A DNA stretch of 63,051 nucleotides, counting the filler, from Phoronis australis (Eukaryota; Animalia; Phoronida), in assembly GCA_002633005.1 (NCBI GenBank). It is 11 parts of 11 records of this genome, joined end to end, with 100 filler letters (N's around TTAATTAATTAA, not from the genome) between each part and the next. Parts side by side here need not be neighbours in the genome. Positions count along the whole stretch, not along the records: positions 46,772 to 49,664 come from NMRA01003340.1; positions 49,765 to 52,460 come from NMRA01003486.1; positions 52,561 to 56,488 come from NMRA01002767.1; positions 56,589 to 63,051 come from NMRA01000192.1; 7 more parts are not named here. One strand, given 5' to 3'. The position numbers and the translations under genes were made by a program. Shown piece by piece: positions 49,379 to 63,051 of this stretch. Each line of letters starts with the position of its first letter. Positions within the stretch are counted from its first letter, which is position 1. Under the pieces are notes generated by a model. The model was not told where the DNA came from. It saw nothing but the letters and a program-made list of their open reading frames with translations, and did not search any database.

Positions 49379-50206
49379 CTAGAGTATCATGAAAATAAAA
49401 TTGTATACTCACATATTCGTCCTAATTACTGAAATTATACGACACAATTATCAATCAAATATATTTTGAATTCAGCTAATTGCTATTCTCAAATCCAAAT
49501 AAAAAGTTGCCAAATCCACTACAGCCGCTATACCCCCTCTTCAGTCCAAGAGGCAAACTTCAATTATCACTCTTGCAAGCATGTGTGTAATGATAGAAGT
49601 GAAGACAATGCTGTGAGGAATGTTGATGGAAAGAGTCCACTACAGACATCTGGTGAGTACTACTNNNNNNNNNNNNNNNNNNNNNNNNNNNNNNNNNNNN
49701 NNNNNNNNTTAATTAATTAANNNNNNNNNNNNNNNNNNNNNNNNNNNNNNNNNNNNNNNNNNNNTTGGTTACATTTCCAAGCTTGTCCAATTATTGTGTT
49801 ATAAAATTGCCAAGCTTACTGTGTATACTGGCTGTAGGTCATAACTTTGACTTGCAAATGTGAAGTTTAGTCTAAAAACATCTTGGTTGACCCCTTCTCA
49901 GTTTGATGGGTTTTGCCTGCTGTGTGCAGTAGTGCATGAAACCATCACAGATGTGTTGAGGGTTTGGCAAGGTTTACTAGGAACTCTGGCTGTAATTACT
50001 CTGATAAGGAATCTGGCAGTTGACCTGTGCATTTGGTCTGGGTTATAGATGTGGTCATTAAACTAATTGCTGACTTAAAAACAAGGCAGTCCTGACTTTA
50101 TTATGTGTATGTATGAAATCAATTTTTGTTCTAATCATAAATTTCCTTTGGTTAGGGTCTTTGTGAAGGCCTCTGTGTTAATTTCAGAGTGTATTAGTTA
50201 TCTTTA

Positions 50207-50710
50207 GGCCCTTTCATATTGACTTAACTTCGGTCTGACAGGAACGTGGACGTAAACAGCGCAGTTAACTGGACTGTTCATACTAGCTTCAGTAGTTAAT
50301 GAACATCAAAGTAAACGGTTGGTGACGCTGTCGTCATCGAAGTTATCGCGAGGTAGCGCTGCACGCTAAGATTTTTTCAATGAGACAATTTGAGAACCTT
50401 TACATGTGCTAACTGACATTAAACTTGCTTTTAAAATGATTAGTTGTTATTAGAGCAAAATATAAGCAGCTATTAGTGACGACACTACCTTGTAACTGTT
50501 GACGATAATTGTGGCACCTGGCGATAACTTCGATTGGACCGAAGCTAAGCGTTCATACTGCACCACAGCGTCGACGCTGCGCTATTAAATCCATCTGTTA
50601 ACTGCAATGCTAACTGGAGCTGTTAACTGCAATCCAGCACTGTAGTTAAGCGTTCATACTGACCGCAACTCCCCAAACCATCGACGCGTCGACGTTGGTA
50701 TGAAAGGCCC
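50207..50710. mobile_element. MITE, Harbinger-like; same family as 9071-9540
   Basis: GGCCCTTTCATA...TATGAAAGGCCC termini and internal homology. Confidence 0.7.
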
Positions 50711-53700
50711 TTTTGGGAGACTGTGGCACATTTACTGAGGGATAAATATCTTTGCTGGAGGGAATTGTAGGTTGTGATTTGCATATTATCAGTGAAGTAT
50801 AAGTCTTGAACTGAAGGTACATGATATTATGTAAGAAGTACAAGAATGAGATAATAACATACAGGCAATTTTGGTTGATCATAAAAAATCATAATTTATT
50901 ATAAAAGATTTTGTGTATGAATTCATGTTATCCAAAATGGGGTTATTTTAGGTTTTTGCATGTAGATACAAAATCCAATAGTTTCTGTGCTCAACATAAC
51001 AAGCAGTGATAGACCTGACATCTCCTCAGTCCAATTAAGTCAGGATTAAATTCTGAAGTGCTCTATCTCAAATTAAAAATTGTATACGGTATTCAGGCCT
51101 GGGGAATCATACCAGAAAACCTGTCCACATACTCTTATCGGGCAATTACTAATATAACGGCCAACGATGAGCTTACCAAACACGACAAGTGACGTCATTA
51201 AGTTTTTTTTAATAAGAATGCCTCATTTGGGAATCATGAAGGTTACTTCCGCAAAATGTAACAATTGATGAAGAGTCTACTGTGATTTGACAGGTTTAGT
51301 AGATGCTCTAATTTTCCTAACCGAATTCTCTTCCAGACGACCACGCGTACTTTGTAACGCATGTTTTAGTATCTTTATTCAATGCTCTTCCTTACATCCT
51401 TTAAATACGCCAGTGTTCTCTGTAACAGAAAATTGAAACTTTGACAGGAATTACAAACCTAGGAACATGTTCAAAAGTCTACGCCTTTGCTTGTATGTAA
51501 GCCTTGGAATGAACATTTGATCCAAGCTAACACTCTGACACATGTGAGTCCAACTTCTGCAGCAAACTTCAAGCAATGCTACTACTTGGAGGAGTCAAAA
51601 CAGGCTGTAGGGAGAACTGTATGTTTATTGGTAAAGGCCATCACCTCATCTGACCAGTGATCCTTATTGCCCAATAGGACCATACCAATATCCTATAGGA
51701 CAACCTGAATGAGTTCTTAGGGATTTTGGATTGTGCATATTGCTTTCAATATAGAAGGGGTAAATTCACTTGATGTACCCATATTGGTCACAGTTTGGCT
51801 TCTCTATTGTGTTCTCTTCAAATTCCTGGGTCTGTTTTGTTTACAACTGTTCTTGCCCTGGGTGAAAAATGTGCTGGGCAGCTGTAGTGTCTTGTTATCA
51901 CATTTGCAGAAGCGCTGCTTACTTGAAGGCCTTAGATCTGCCAGCTATTTTTTAGTTATTTCGCACAAAAGTGATTGCTAAAATTGTCCTTTTGATTTTT
52001 CAAAAGACTTTTGAGATTAATACGAAATTTGTGTTGTGATGGGTGTCCAGCACAAGCTATGCACATAGTAGAATAGCCTTTGTGTTAATTTTATTGAGAT
52101 TTCCGAAGTGGTCTTAACATGTAAATGTTAAGTCAATACTGTCTTTCTTCAGCCTTGTGCCCACTGAATTTTCATGGAAATTATTGCCTAACTGATCTTA
52201 CTCTTCACACAAATAACCAAAAGCACAGAACATTTGAGACTTAGCTGAACATTGGGATTGACAGTGTTCAGTGTTACCGCACCACCGCATTCAACTTTAA
52301 TCCTGTTGAGAATACTGGGTGGTGAAGTTTTACATATGTCTACAGTACAACCGATAGTCAGCTGCCATTGTAACAAGCTAGAGTAAGGGTTTTGATAATT
52401 AAACCCTTGTTAATTACCCGGTTTCATGTCATGGTTTCATGTCAGTGATCGGAAAGCCTTNNNNNNNNNNNNNNNNNNNNNNNNNNNNNNNNNNNNNNNN
52501 NNNNTTAATTAATTAANNNNNNNNNNNNNNNNNNNNNNNNNNNNNNNNNNNNNNNNNNNNATAATACAAGCACATCCTATACATCAGTTGCTTAAAGCAC
52601 CACAGAAACAGAATTAAAAACAAATTTATCAACATAAATTTAATAAAGATCCTGCAAACAGTTTGGGAGATACAGCCATGGGTGCACAAAAACTGCCACT
52701 AAGAGGTGCCACAGTAATCAAAGTCATGGGAAATTCAGCGTCAACCGTCCTCTTCATAGTAAGAACATACATGCCAATTTTCACAATTATACTTAGAGCG
52801 GTTTGGTTGATAGAGGGGTGGACGCCAAAAAACAGACTCAAAAACAGTAAAAATGGCCACTGGGTGTCGAAAACTATGTCGAATCCATCTGAAAACGGGA
52901 GGATAGCGTCATCTCACTAACAGGTGCCTACATACCAAATTTCATGAAAATCCGTTCAGGACTTTTGAAGATACAAAGGTAAGCGTAAAAACTAAAATTG
53001 CCACTAGGGGGCACACCAGTAGTCGGATCCGTCCGAAAGTTTGCACATGCCGTCCCATTCATGAATGGAACATATGTGCCAAATTTCATGAACGTATGTC
53101 AAAGGGTTTTGGAGATAAAGCAGCGGATGCCGGACGGACGCCGCCCAGACGGACAGACGGACGGAGATGACGGCATAATGCGTCCACATATAAATATGTG
53201 GGCACATAAAAATGACAATCACTCATCCCTACCCAAGTCAGCTGACACTGGCTGCAGAGCAACGATTTCCTCGACTTCTCACCGAGTGATTCAGCCCTAT
53301 CAAAGACTGTTCTCTCTTGTAGTTATACTCGGCTGCTTGCACCCCGATCCACTGGCTTTGCAGCTACAAGACATTGATGTGCGATTAAGCTAATCTAGAC
53401 TGTTTTCTTCAAGTTCTGCTTGTTCCAATCCAACGTAACCGTATTCACGATGGGTCGATCATGAAACTCATCTCGCGAAGAGTTGCTGCCATCAGACGAC
53501 TCGTCGCTGTCACGAAATTCCTTCTTGTCCCCATCCACAAATGTGCTCTTCGATGAGTTCAGTTAATTCTCGATGATCTTGATACAGCAGTCAGCGGCAA
53601 GAGTTAATCACTGAGATATCAGTTACACAGCTGATCCGTGTCAACTTTTGTAGTGTAAAGGGCACTAAAGAAACTCAATTGTGGTTTGAGTTTCGCTAAA

Positions 53701-54669
53701 CTCCAAAATTTTATAGACTATCCCAACTGGAGAATATTTACAGTAAATTGACTGCACTAGACTGATCACATGATTGTATATCAAGTGATCCTAGCCACCA
53801 TGCCGGACACCTGTCTGTGCAGAAGACTTTAAACATGGTGTCAAAATATAATAGTTCAGCATAAAATAAATTCTTATGTCATTAAGTTAGGTTTCAGTTT
53901 CAGACCAGACGTCAGATACTGTAACTTTCACATGAGCCACAATGCAGGCAACACATTGGCTGAAAAGTCTCCAAACTTTGCACTGTTGCATTCGATGAGC
54001 ACCAAATCAGTAGACTCCAAGCAAGATGATCAATAAATTATGACAGAATTTGCACAAAATATATGTAGAACCACGAACAATGGTGCCTACTGAATAATTA
54101 TTCACTGTACTCCTTCATTTATACAGGCAATTTTGGTTGATCATAATTTATCATAAAAGAATTGGAATTTTAATTTGATTAACAAACTAGGTAAGTCATG
54201 AATAATCCCCCCTCTCAGTATTAATGTGGCAAAATTTGGTGCAACTCAGAATCCCCACAAATTTGTGGCCCAAAGCAAACACTTTTCCTAATAAAAATTT
54301 GCTTGAAAAATACATGGGATTATTTATACCAATTTCCACACGGGAACAGTGCTACATCTCAATATAAAAACAGGTTTCACTTAATCAGTGCACAAGACTT
54401 TTGTAACTATATAGAGAGCAATTTTATACATTAATGATGCACAGCTATTTAGAAGGGTTTAGTCTGGTAATATAACTCAATTGACCATAAATAATTGGTG
54501 ATAATAGTGAACAAACAACACATTTTCTAGCATTGTCTTCAAAAGCCCTTCCTCTGTTCATAATAACCAGATGGCTATCAAAGACGAGGAAAATATTATG
54601 AATAGGTATACCTATATAACCAGTCAGATGAAACTATTTTGTGAGACCTAAGTTGTTTTTCCTTTTCAC

Positions 54670-55420
54670 ACTGGTCACTGTGCACAAACTATCCACCCAT
54701 CCAGTTGTCACTTGTCTGATTGTAGAACAAACCTGGCCTAAAGATGACCAACATATGCATCAAGTGACAAGAGTCAATTTGTGTGAATAAAAGACACACC
54801 AAAGACAAGCAACACATGCTGCTCTAACAAGGCCAACTGAACACTATTTCACCCATCGAGAAACAATCTCCATCAATGGTCTAGACATTTCGAAGGTGAA
54901 ACCCCATATCTAAGCTCAAATTGTTTCCCTTCAACTGATTTGCCTTGCACATGCATATGTAGTTATGTCTAAGTGACAAAAGAGAAATATTAATACAGAA
55001 GACAATGGAAACTGTGAGGAAGAATTCACTTAAGTTACAAGTACNACTGGTCACTGTGCACAAACTATCCACCCATCCAGTTGTCACTTGTCTGATTGTA
55101 GAACAAACCTGGCCTAAAGATGACCAACATATGCATCAAGTGACAAGAGTCAATTTGTGTGAATAAAAGACACACCAAAGACAAGCAACACATGCTGCTC
55201 TAACAAGGCCAACTGAACACTATTTCACCCATCGAGAAACAATCTCCATCAATGGTCTAGACATTTCGAAGGTGAAACCCCATATCTAAGCTCAAATTGT
55301 TTCCCTTCAACTGATTTGCCTTGCACATGCATATGTAGTTATGTCTAAGTGACAAAAGAGAAATATTAATACAGAAGACAATGGAAACTGTGAGGAAGAA
55401 TTCACTTAAGTTACAAGTAC
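54670..55420. repeat. 375-bp tandem duplication separated by a single n; likely assembly overlap artefact
   Basis: 54670-55044 and 55046-55420 look identical by eye, with n at 55045. Confidence 0.9.
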
Positions 55421-58400
55421 ATATCAGACGGTGGCAGGCCTGGCACCCCAAACCTCCCCCCCCCCCTCCTACTAACATGAACAAATGATGCAGGGTTAAC
55501 ATCTTCCATTCTCAAGAGTGTTGTGAAAATGTCACACTAGAGCCAAAGAAAGTAGATGAAATGAAGATCCAAGGGTAAAATAACACCAAGTCTCTCAACA
55601 TTACATCCATAATCTCTGACAAATAGTCATGTTGGCCACTTTCCAAAATCCTGGATTGAGCCCGAATACTCCGCTATATTTTTGACAAGTGCAGCTGGAA
55701 AATCAAGAAAGTGTACTTAAAAGACAACATCATCCATTTGTAAAAAGCTTTCACAAAAAATCACCCTTTTGCAGGGTGCCGTTTCGGAAGCACCACTCAT
55801 TTAAATTTTTTTGTGTTGTAAAGTGTCACTGATAACTTTCTGTTGAGTGGCACTATGTACTGAATTAAATAATAAGAAATCTTTTCTCATCATAGCATCT
55901 ATTGTCCTCACCAACATCGCAACTCCCCTGTTTTGAGGAGTTCTCACACTCAATGGGGAAAGCTTAACTCCCAGACTTTACAGCCATCACAACTCCTCTC
56001 AAAATAGGTGGATTAATGTGGAGTTGAGCAACTCTGCTACAGTCGGAAAGACAATTCCTCTGGGTTACTCACTAAAGGTTGTGAGACGTGACATCAAACA
56101 CGCAAGACTAAACAAAAGTCGCCATTCCCGCTTTCGATGGTCATATGTAAAGGAGTACGAGAATTGAAATCTGACGGAGAGTAACACTAATCAGTCTGGT
56201 ATTACTCATTGTAAACTGCAGATGTTTATTAATATCAAAATTCATTAGTTTGAGAGCATGATTCAAATACATTATCTGGTGCTTAATCCAGAGAACTAAC
56301 AATAACTCCGACGCTACAAGTAAATGAGATGGTATGGTAAGTGAACTCTTAACTTGCGGTGGAATACCGACAGACCGAAATCCCACTAATAGGAAAGCGA
56401 CATAAGGAATTAGATGAGACCCGATTTTATACGGATGAGAGACATTATAAAAAGTTGGTCATTTGACAGAATGCCTGGGTTTATTGCANNNNNNNNNNNN
56501 NNNNNNNNNNNNNNNNNNNNNNNNNNNNNNNNTTAATTAATTAANNNNNNNNNNNNNNNNNNNNNNNNNNNNNNNNNNNNNNNNNNNNGAATTTTTCGCA
56601 GTGGATCTTTCACTGACTAAAAAAAAAAACAACGGGTTTGATCAGCATTCAGAGCTTTTGTCGAATTCTTGTCTCCTTAGTGGACTTTTTTCTCGTTTTC
56701 TCAGACTTTTGGTTTCTCTCAGGACCTTTTTGCACACATTGCCAGGGTATGCGCATGGGAACTTTTCCTACTTACTTGCCTCTGAAACAGTTTCTAAAAT
56801 ACGCGTACTGAATAGATCACCAATTTTCAGAATAATTTAAGTTGTTTAGCTGAGGGACAACGCGCTTAGTGAAAAGATCCTGTTCATCAATAGAAAATAT
56901 CCTTACTGAACTTAGTTATGTTAATACAGGCCTAATGTACACCTCACTTCTTAACACAAAAAAATATCTGCAAAAATGAGTTGATGAATCTGCACTGGAC
57001 AATGTTTTGTACTAGACGATATTTTCTTAACCATTCACAAAAGTTTTGAATAATTATTCCTTGCAGTGTCTCTGATCACGTACCACCGTACTGCATGTGA
57101 AAAGACCTCGAGGCTCGAGGCTCGACTGTGCCTGTGGCTCAGGTATTATCGTCAGCTCAACATGCTACGAAGTCAGTGCAGTCACCATGTCAGCAAAAAA
57201 TAACATGCTATACAACTTGCAGTATAAATTCCACGGTCCCATGAATAAGACACTGTCATTCTTTGGAATAACGTGGCAAAAACAGAAGTTCCCTTCTTTC
57301 AGAAGCTACTTTCTTCATAGCTCGGAATACGCGACTATTTACGCTTTGCCATTTTGTCAACAGTACGTATTTAGCCGTAAATAGCTGGAATTAGACAAAG
57401 TAAGCAATCGACAAATCACAGAAGTCGTTGCTTATAGGTTAGGCCCGTGGCACACATACAGATAGAAGAGGCTTCACGATTCGCCGATTATCGGGCTATT
57501 TCGAGAATGAAATGAAGCAAGTTTTCCGAGTTTGTAGCTCAACTTTTTGGCTAAAAATAATGATTTTATAATACTTTTTTAAATTTCTAACTTTAAAATC
57601 TTGGCTTATTTATTGAGAAACAAGCAAATTAATGATCTCTTATGAATTTGCTGAATTTGCGTATTTTTGCCTGGCTGTGCGTACTTGCGTACTGGTGGCT
57701 TGATTTCAATACGAATCCGCATTTTTTGCATACGGTACACCGGTTTGGACGAGTATTGTATATCGAGAAGATTGACCTAATTTGCAGACGAATATGCTGT
57801 TTCTGAATTAAAAGGGACAGGAAAAAACAATACCGCGCCTCATCCACCACGTCTTTTCTTGATGTAAGTAAAGAGCCCGCATTGAAATTTAATTTTATGT
57901 GTGAAAACTCTTAATGCAACAAAAAAAATTGGCAAGGATCCAGAAAAAAATGAATGTCTATGAAAAGTATTTTTTTTTTCAAATAGGGATAAGTACAACA
58001 TCAGTGTGCGTAGCAATGGCAGGATAAGTGCCTGACTGACCGGCAGCATTCTGGGTAAATATTGCAGAATCAGATGGGGAACTGCGATGGGATGTGAGAA
58101 TTACACCGTTACAGCCACTCATACTTCAGTATGCCTAGTCACCATGGCAAGAAGTTTTAGTAGATGCAGCCACAGACATATTATAGTTAAAATGATAAAG
58201 GAAGGTCAGAGGCTGGTCAGTCTTAAAGCCGAAACTTTACTGACCCATCACTGTTATTCAAATTTAGCATTCACAGGGTCCTCATTCATCTGAAGGGAAA
58301 GGTGCCTTCTGAAAGGGGATTTTTTTGGGGAGAGGGGGAAATTCTACTTTCTGATCAACATCAATAGAACCCTCGCAACCTGTTGCAAGCTCTCATAGGC

Positions 58401-58952
58401 AGTAGCCAAAATTAACATCTTGTGCTCTTTCAAATTGTCACCTATGTGTATTACAAGTGATTTGAACTTTGAGGGGAATTTTCAATCACTTGAGGGGACT
58501 TTTTGGGACTCGTGAGGGGAATTGCGCATGATTTCAGAAAAGAATAGGGCTGATATTCGGCCCCAGATTCAACGGATTGAAAGCCCTGATTCAGACCTTG
58601 AACAGAAACACTTGATGGCTAGTTTGAATCAGGACAGCTCACAAGACACTTGTGACAAGATATTTTTGCTTACGGCACAAAAACAGTCTTTATGGCTTAT
58701 CCCCAAAATTCAATATTTCAGCCTTACCGACCCAGCTATGTCAGTGCCGGCCATTTTACTAGGATTTTAATAAGAACTGTGGAATGCATTCCTGTTGATC
58801 CTTTGAAAGAGTTAATACTCGGATAAACTTTTGACAGGGATGTGTGCTGAAGTCCTTTCAGTGGCTGGTCCTCAAAACTGAGCTAACGTTCCAAAGATTA
58901 CTTGAAGACTTATGGTAAAAATCAATGGCACTATTCCAGGACCTGTCAATAC

Positions 58953-59091
58953 CTCCTTGTATAGCTTGAGTTGCTCTTTGCAGGAACAGCTGTTTCTCTG
59001 TTTCTGATAAAGCTGTGAAGTCTGTAACCCGACTCTCAATGAGTTGTTGTTGTACGGCATCTTGTAAATCACCAAGGAACTTTTCCCATTC
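58953..59091 (-). CDS. Probable internal exon of an unidentified helical protein
   Basis: ttcAG...G|GTATTG; EWEKFLGDLQDAVQQQLIESRVTDFTALSETEKQLFLQRATQAIQG has protein-like amphipathic composition. Family not recognised with confidence. Confidence 0.6.
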
Positions 59092-59629
59092 CTGAAGGAG
59101 CAAATTCATGCATTTATTTTTAATTACTCATCAAACTAGAGTCACATTCGCTTGGATGTATATTGCAGCCTTATGGAATGACTTGACCACAACAGTACTG
59201 AAAACCCAAACATGTCATCAGTGCATCAACATTCTCATTAGTGCACATTGTCTAATGCGAACCAACGCACTGATGGTCAGTTGTCGTTATGGTAAGCGTA
59301 ATTTAAAGCAGGAAATACATTGTGCACAACAGTGCTCACCACACTAGATGAGAATGTCCATGTGACTCTTTGTAAAACTCGTGACACTCAAGTTACTGAC
59401 TATCCAAGAAAGCAGATCAAAAGATGGTGTATCATCAGGTAATGTTTTTCCAGGGTAAACCCCCAAAATGTTTCCGATTTCGATATTTTTTGCATTATGG
59501 TGGGGACTAACCTTGAATTTTGGATCTCTGAGTATTTTATCTTCTGTTACATATTTGATTCTTCATTCACATCATTGTGAACAAAATGAATAGATTAGAA
59601 AATTGCAAAGTTCTCATTTCCATAAATCA

Positions 59630-61067
59630 CTGGTCACCTAACCAAAAAAGTAACTTGTGATATGATGACATAATCCTGGGGCAAGCAGTGTAAGAATGGC
59701 CACTTGCGGATTTGAGCAACTGAATGAAGGACTGCTAAAAAATGAATATGGGAGTATTTGCTTGAATTGAAAGGAATTGAAGATATCGAAGACCTCCTAA
59801 GGTGTCCCTCTACCCACAAAATGTACTTAATAGCACTGTAACTTCTACGGTTTAATCAGTGTGAGGCATAATTCGCTGAACATCTTCTGGTGTGTGAAGG
59901 CCCTATAGGAGTACCACTGTCTCCACTGCTAAGCACATACAGTGGCACTGTTTACGTGTTTCCTAAGCAACATGTAGCCCCTCGTTTGGCCGGTTTGGGG
60001 CTACAATGCTTCCCATTGCTTTCTGTATTAATTTTGTTCCGTGCATTTGAAACGGGCGGTAGACAAAATCCGTTCAGCGATTAATAGGTTTCACCTCATT
60101 AAAAATACATTTTACACTTAAAACTATCACTTAAAGTCCTTCTCTCACGCGTTGTTAACCCTTATTACATGGTTATAAGATGTTATAAGGATCCAAGAAG
60201 TACCTACCCCATAACTAATACACGATCCGTACTCGAAAACAGTTTAAATGAACACGCCACTCACAATTCGCACCCGAAGAAACACCNACGCCGTCAGTGC
60301 GACTGGAGCAGTGCCTGTACTGTTACCAGCCAGCAAACGGGGATAAAAAAATCGACAGCACGCCTTAATTTTGATAAAATCAAACTACGGAAAATTTTAT
60401 GGAATTTGCTGAAGAAATGTGGCGAATAAATTTTGACAGAAATTATTTTGCCAGACTCGGGACTGCAGCCTATCGGACCCGGTGCGGATCGAGACCAAAC
60501 ACTGGTGAACGGTAAATGCATGCGGTTGCAAGCTGTTTTGTCGAAGTAAAATGGTCAAATAATAAATGCTGCATATATTCAAGGGTAGTTTCAGACACTT
60601 GCATGAAATTACGGGCTGGTGTCACACTGCTGCGGCAGACCTTAGTTAGCCTCAGTCACCAGCTACCAGTGAAGACTATAGTCAAAATACAGCTTGTTAG
60701 TAGGCCTATACAGCTTTGCGCCTAGGCAATGACCATCGCCTCTGTTGGCCCGAACCAGAGGCGATGCAGAGGCTATAGGCGCTCTGTACGCCGGCTTTTC
60801 GGCGAATTATGTCTCGCACTGACAAAACCATCAGAGTCACGTTGTTATAAATACCTTTTGCGCATAGAGGAACACCTGAGGAGGTTGTCGATGTGTTTAA
60901 TTCCTTCCAACTCGAACAAATACTCCCATTATCAAACTTTTTCTTCGAGCAGTCCCTATTTCAGTTCCCAAAATCGTGAATTCACCATTTTTATACTGCG
61001 CACGCTCCAATTTTTACCGCGCTCGCTAAGTGATGTGACTTCATGACCTCAATCTTTAAATAGGCCA
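59630..61067. mobile_element. Fold-back-like non-autonomous element with about 280-bp diverged terminal inverted repeats
   Basis: 59630-59910 is roughly the reverse complement of 60770-61067 (e.g. ATGGGAGTATTTG.T.GA.TTG.AAGGAATT and CAGTG.GAG.CATAATTCGC.GAA). Confidence 0.65.
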
Positions 61068-63051
61068 ANNNNNNNNNNNNNNNNNNNNNNNNNNNNNNNN
61101 NNNNNNNNNNNNNNNNNNNNNNNNNNNNNNNNNNNNNNNNNNNNNNNNNNNNNNNNNNNNNNNNNNNNNNNNNNNNNNNNNNNNNNNNNNNNNNNNNNNN
61201 NNNNNNNNNNNNNNNNNNNNNNNNNNNNNNNNNNNNNNNNNNNNNNNNNNNNNNNNNNNNNNNNNNNNNNNNNNNNNNNNNNNNNNNNNNNNNNNNNNNN
61301 NNNNNNNNNNNNNNNNNNNNNNNNNNNNNNNNNNNNNNNNNNNNNNNNNNNNNNNNNNNNNNNNNNNNNNNNNNNNNNNNNNNNNNNNNNNNNNNNNNNN
61401 NNNNNNNNNNNNNNNNNNNNNNNNNNNNNNNNNNNNNNNNNNNNNNNNNNNNNNNNNNNNNNNNNNNNNNNNNNNNNNNNNNNNNNNNNNNNNNNNNNNN
61501 NNNNNNNNNNNNNNNNNNNNNNNNNNNNNNNNNNNNNNNNNNNNNNNNNNNNNNNNNNNNNNNNNNNNNNNNNNNNNNNNNNNNNNNNNNNNNNNNNNNN
61601 NNNNNNNNNNNNNNNNNNNNNNNNNNNNNNNNNNNNNNNNNNNNNNNNNNNNNNNNNNNNNNNNNNNNNNNNNNNNNNNNNNNNNNNNNNNNNNNNNNNN
61701 NNNNNNNNNNNNNNNNNNNNNNNNNNNNNNNNNNNNNNNNNNNNNNNNNNNNNNNNNNNNNNNNNNNNNNNNNNNNNNNNNNNNNNNNNNNNNNNNNNNN
61801 NNNNNNNNNNNNNNNNNNNNNNNNNNNNNNNNNNNNNNNNNNNNNNNNNNNNNNNNNNNNNNNNNNNNNNNNNNNNNNNNNNNNNNNNNNNAACTACAAA
61901 CTATAAATACACTACATATGCAAACGAATCACGATATATTACTAATAAAACAAAATAATGAAGACTTTTCGAGCAAGCCATAGCACATTCAGTTACAAGG
62001 AAAAAATGGCGGCGTTCAGGACAAGTTCCTGAACTGATGAGCCGGAAATGTGGGTACGGAAATAATCGATGACAACCGGTAATCATACGCTCAGAGAGAA
62101 GGGTCAAATACTGTTAAAAAATCGCTTTTGGCAAGAAAGGCGAAAAGAATATAAAGAAAGGGTGTCGAAAATAAGAATTTATGTAGTAAGTATTTTCGGA
62201 TACTGGAACCACATGGGCAGTTTGCAAGAAGGACTTTAAAAAGCGCTTACTACCTTTAGTGGTCCTTTCTACTTCTACACGTATCTTCGATGAAGCATAG
62301 CTACTTGGCGAAGGATTCTAACTCCACTTTTTGGTCAACGTAAACTTTTTTACCGCGTACGCGATAACCACAGAGTATTTCAACTAAGTCACACGAGTTA
62401 GGCAAAGGCTTGCCCGAGGCTGAGCGAAGAGTGTGACACCGGTGCGTGAAACTTGCAAAATAGCATGGGAAGATATCAGGTGAAATTTGTGTCCTTGCCC
62501 TAGGAGTTTTTATTCGTCAACATGCATGATTTCACGAAAGTTCCTCAAAATGGCACCCAGTAAGAGCAACTCAGGCAAACCACGACAGATTTTCATGGAT
62601 ATATTCAAGTTATGCAGACTAAATTGTACCCAAAATCATGGTATGTGTTAATTATAACTCCATGTGCCTATATGCAACTTTCATTCGATTTCCTTTGCTG
62701 TATTTTGAAAGCAGAAACATTTTATGGTGATGTACCATCAGAGATCCTAAAGTCTTAAGTGCCCTTGTTAGTGACATTTTTTGATGCTGTAGATAATTAG
62801 TCTAATTAAAAGCAAAGTTATGCAATTTTAGTGACTAGTGTATAATTAATCAAACATATTGGTTGTCTACCAAAATTTGTAACCTCCTAGGAGTTCATGG
62901 GAAGTGATTCACCACATGTCTGTTACCAGTTGTGGGATGTTTATAATAACAATTGTGCCTTGTTTTGCAAGTTGTGTAACTTAAAGTCTTTGAAAACCTG
63001 TCAGCTTTGGGATGAGGCATTTCCGACAACAACAATAATCTGTTATTTGTC

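Noticed and set aside
54670-55420. Recent 375-bp tandem duplication and twin ORFs
   Set aside because: Identical copies split by one n are typical of an unmerged contig overlap.
5075-56588. Recurring TTAATTAATTAA as a biological motif, and a gene cluster (YeeE-TRPC-SLC22-FCSK-RRP7A) spanning the window
   Set aside because: The motif is always centred in a fixed 100-nt N spacer, so it is an assembly linker. The Tx1 pieces either side of 23890-23989 are not collinear, so order across linkers cannot be trusted.
62030-62070. CTGATGAG...GGAAAT as a hammerhead
   Set aside because: No stem II closing directly onto GAAA, and no plausible stem I/III.

Overview
Eukaryotic, repeat-rich, AT-rich invertebrate-animal genomic DNA with GT-AG introns; it is not a prokaryotic locus. 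The window is 11 separate pieces joined by ten artificial 100-nt N-TTAATTAATTAA-N linkers, plus two N gaps, so adjacency across linkers carries no biological meaning. Spliced host-gene exons read by eye: the 3' five exons of a YeeE/YedE (TsuA-like) sulfur transporter, an EMI-domain exon, three exons of a TRPC-family channel, an EB/EGF-like exon, two 5' exons of an SLC22 transporter, a fucokinase (FCSK) exon, two RRP7A exons and one unassigned exon. Mobile DNA: an apparently intact, intron-containing THAP + DDE_Tnp_4 (ISL2EU/Harbinger-type) transposase, Tx1/L1 LINE fragments, a Penelope GIY-YIG 3' end missed by the ORF track, a decayed large DNA transposase and many MITE-like repeats. The most notable items are three loci with Penelope-type minimal hammerhead ribozyme motifs (one a 231-bp inverted-dimer insertion with a 12-bp TSD) and a 351-nt double hairpin whose halves abut exactly, in an intron of the YeeE gene. 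All family calls come from motif recognition, not database searches.
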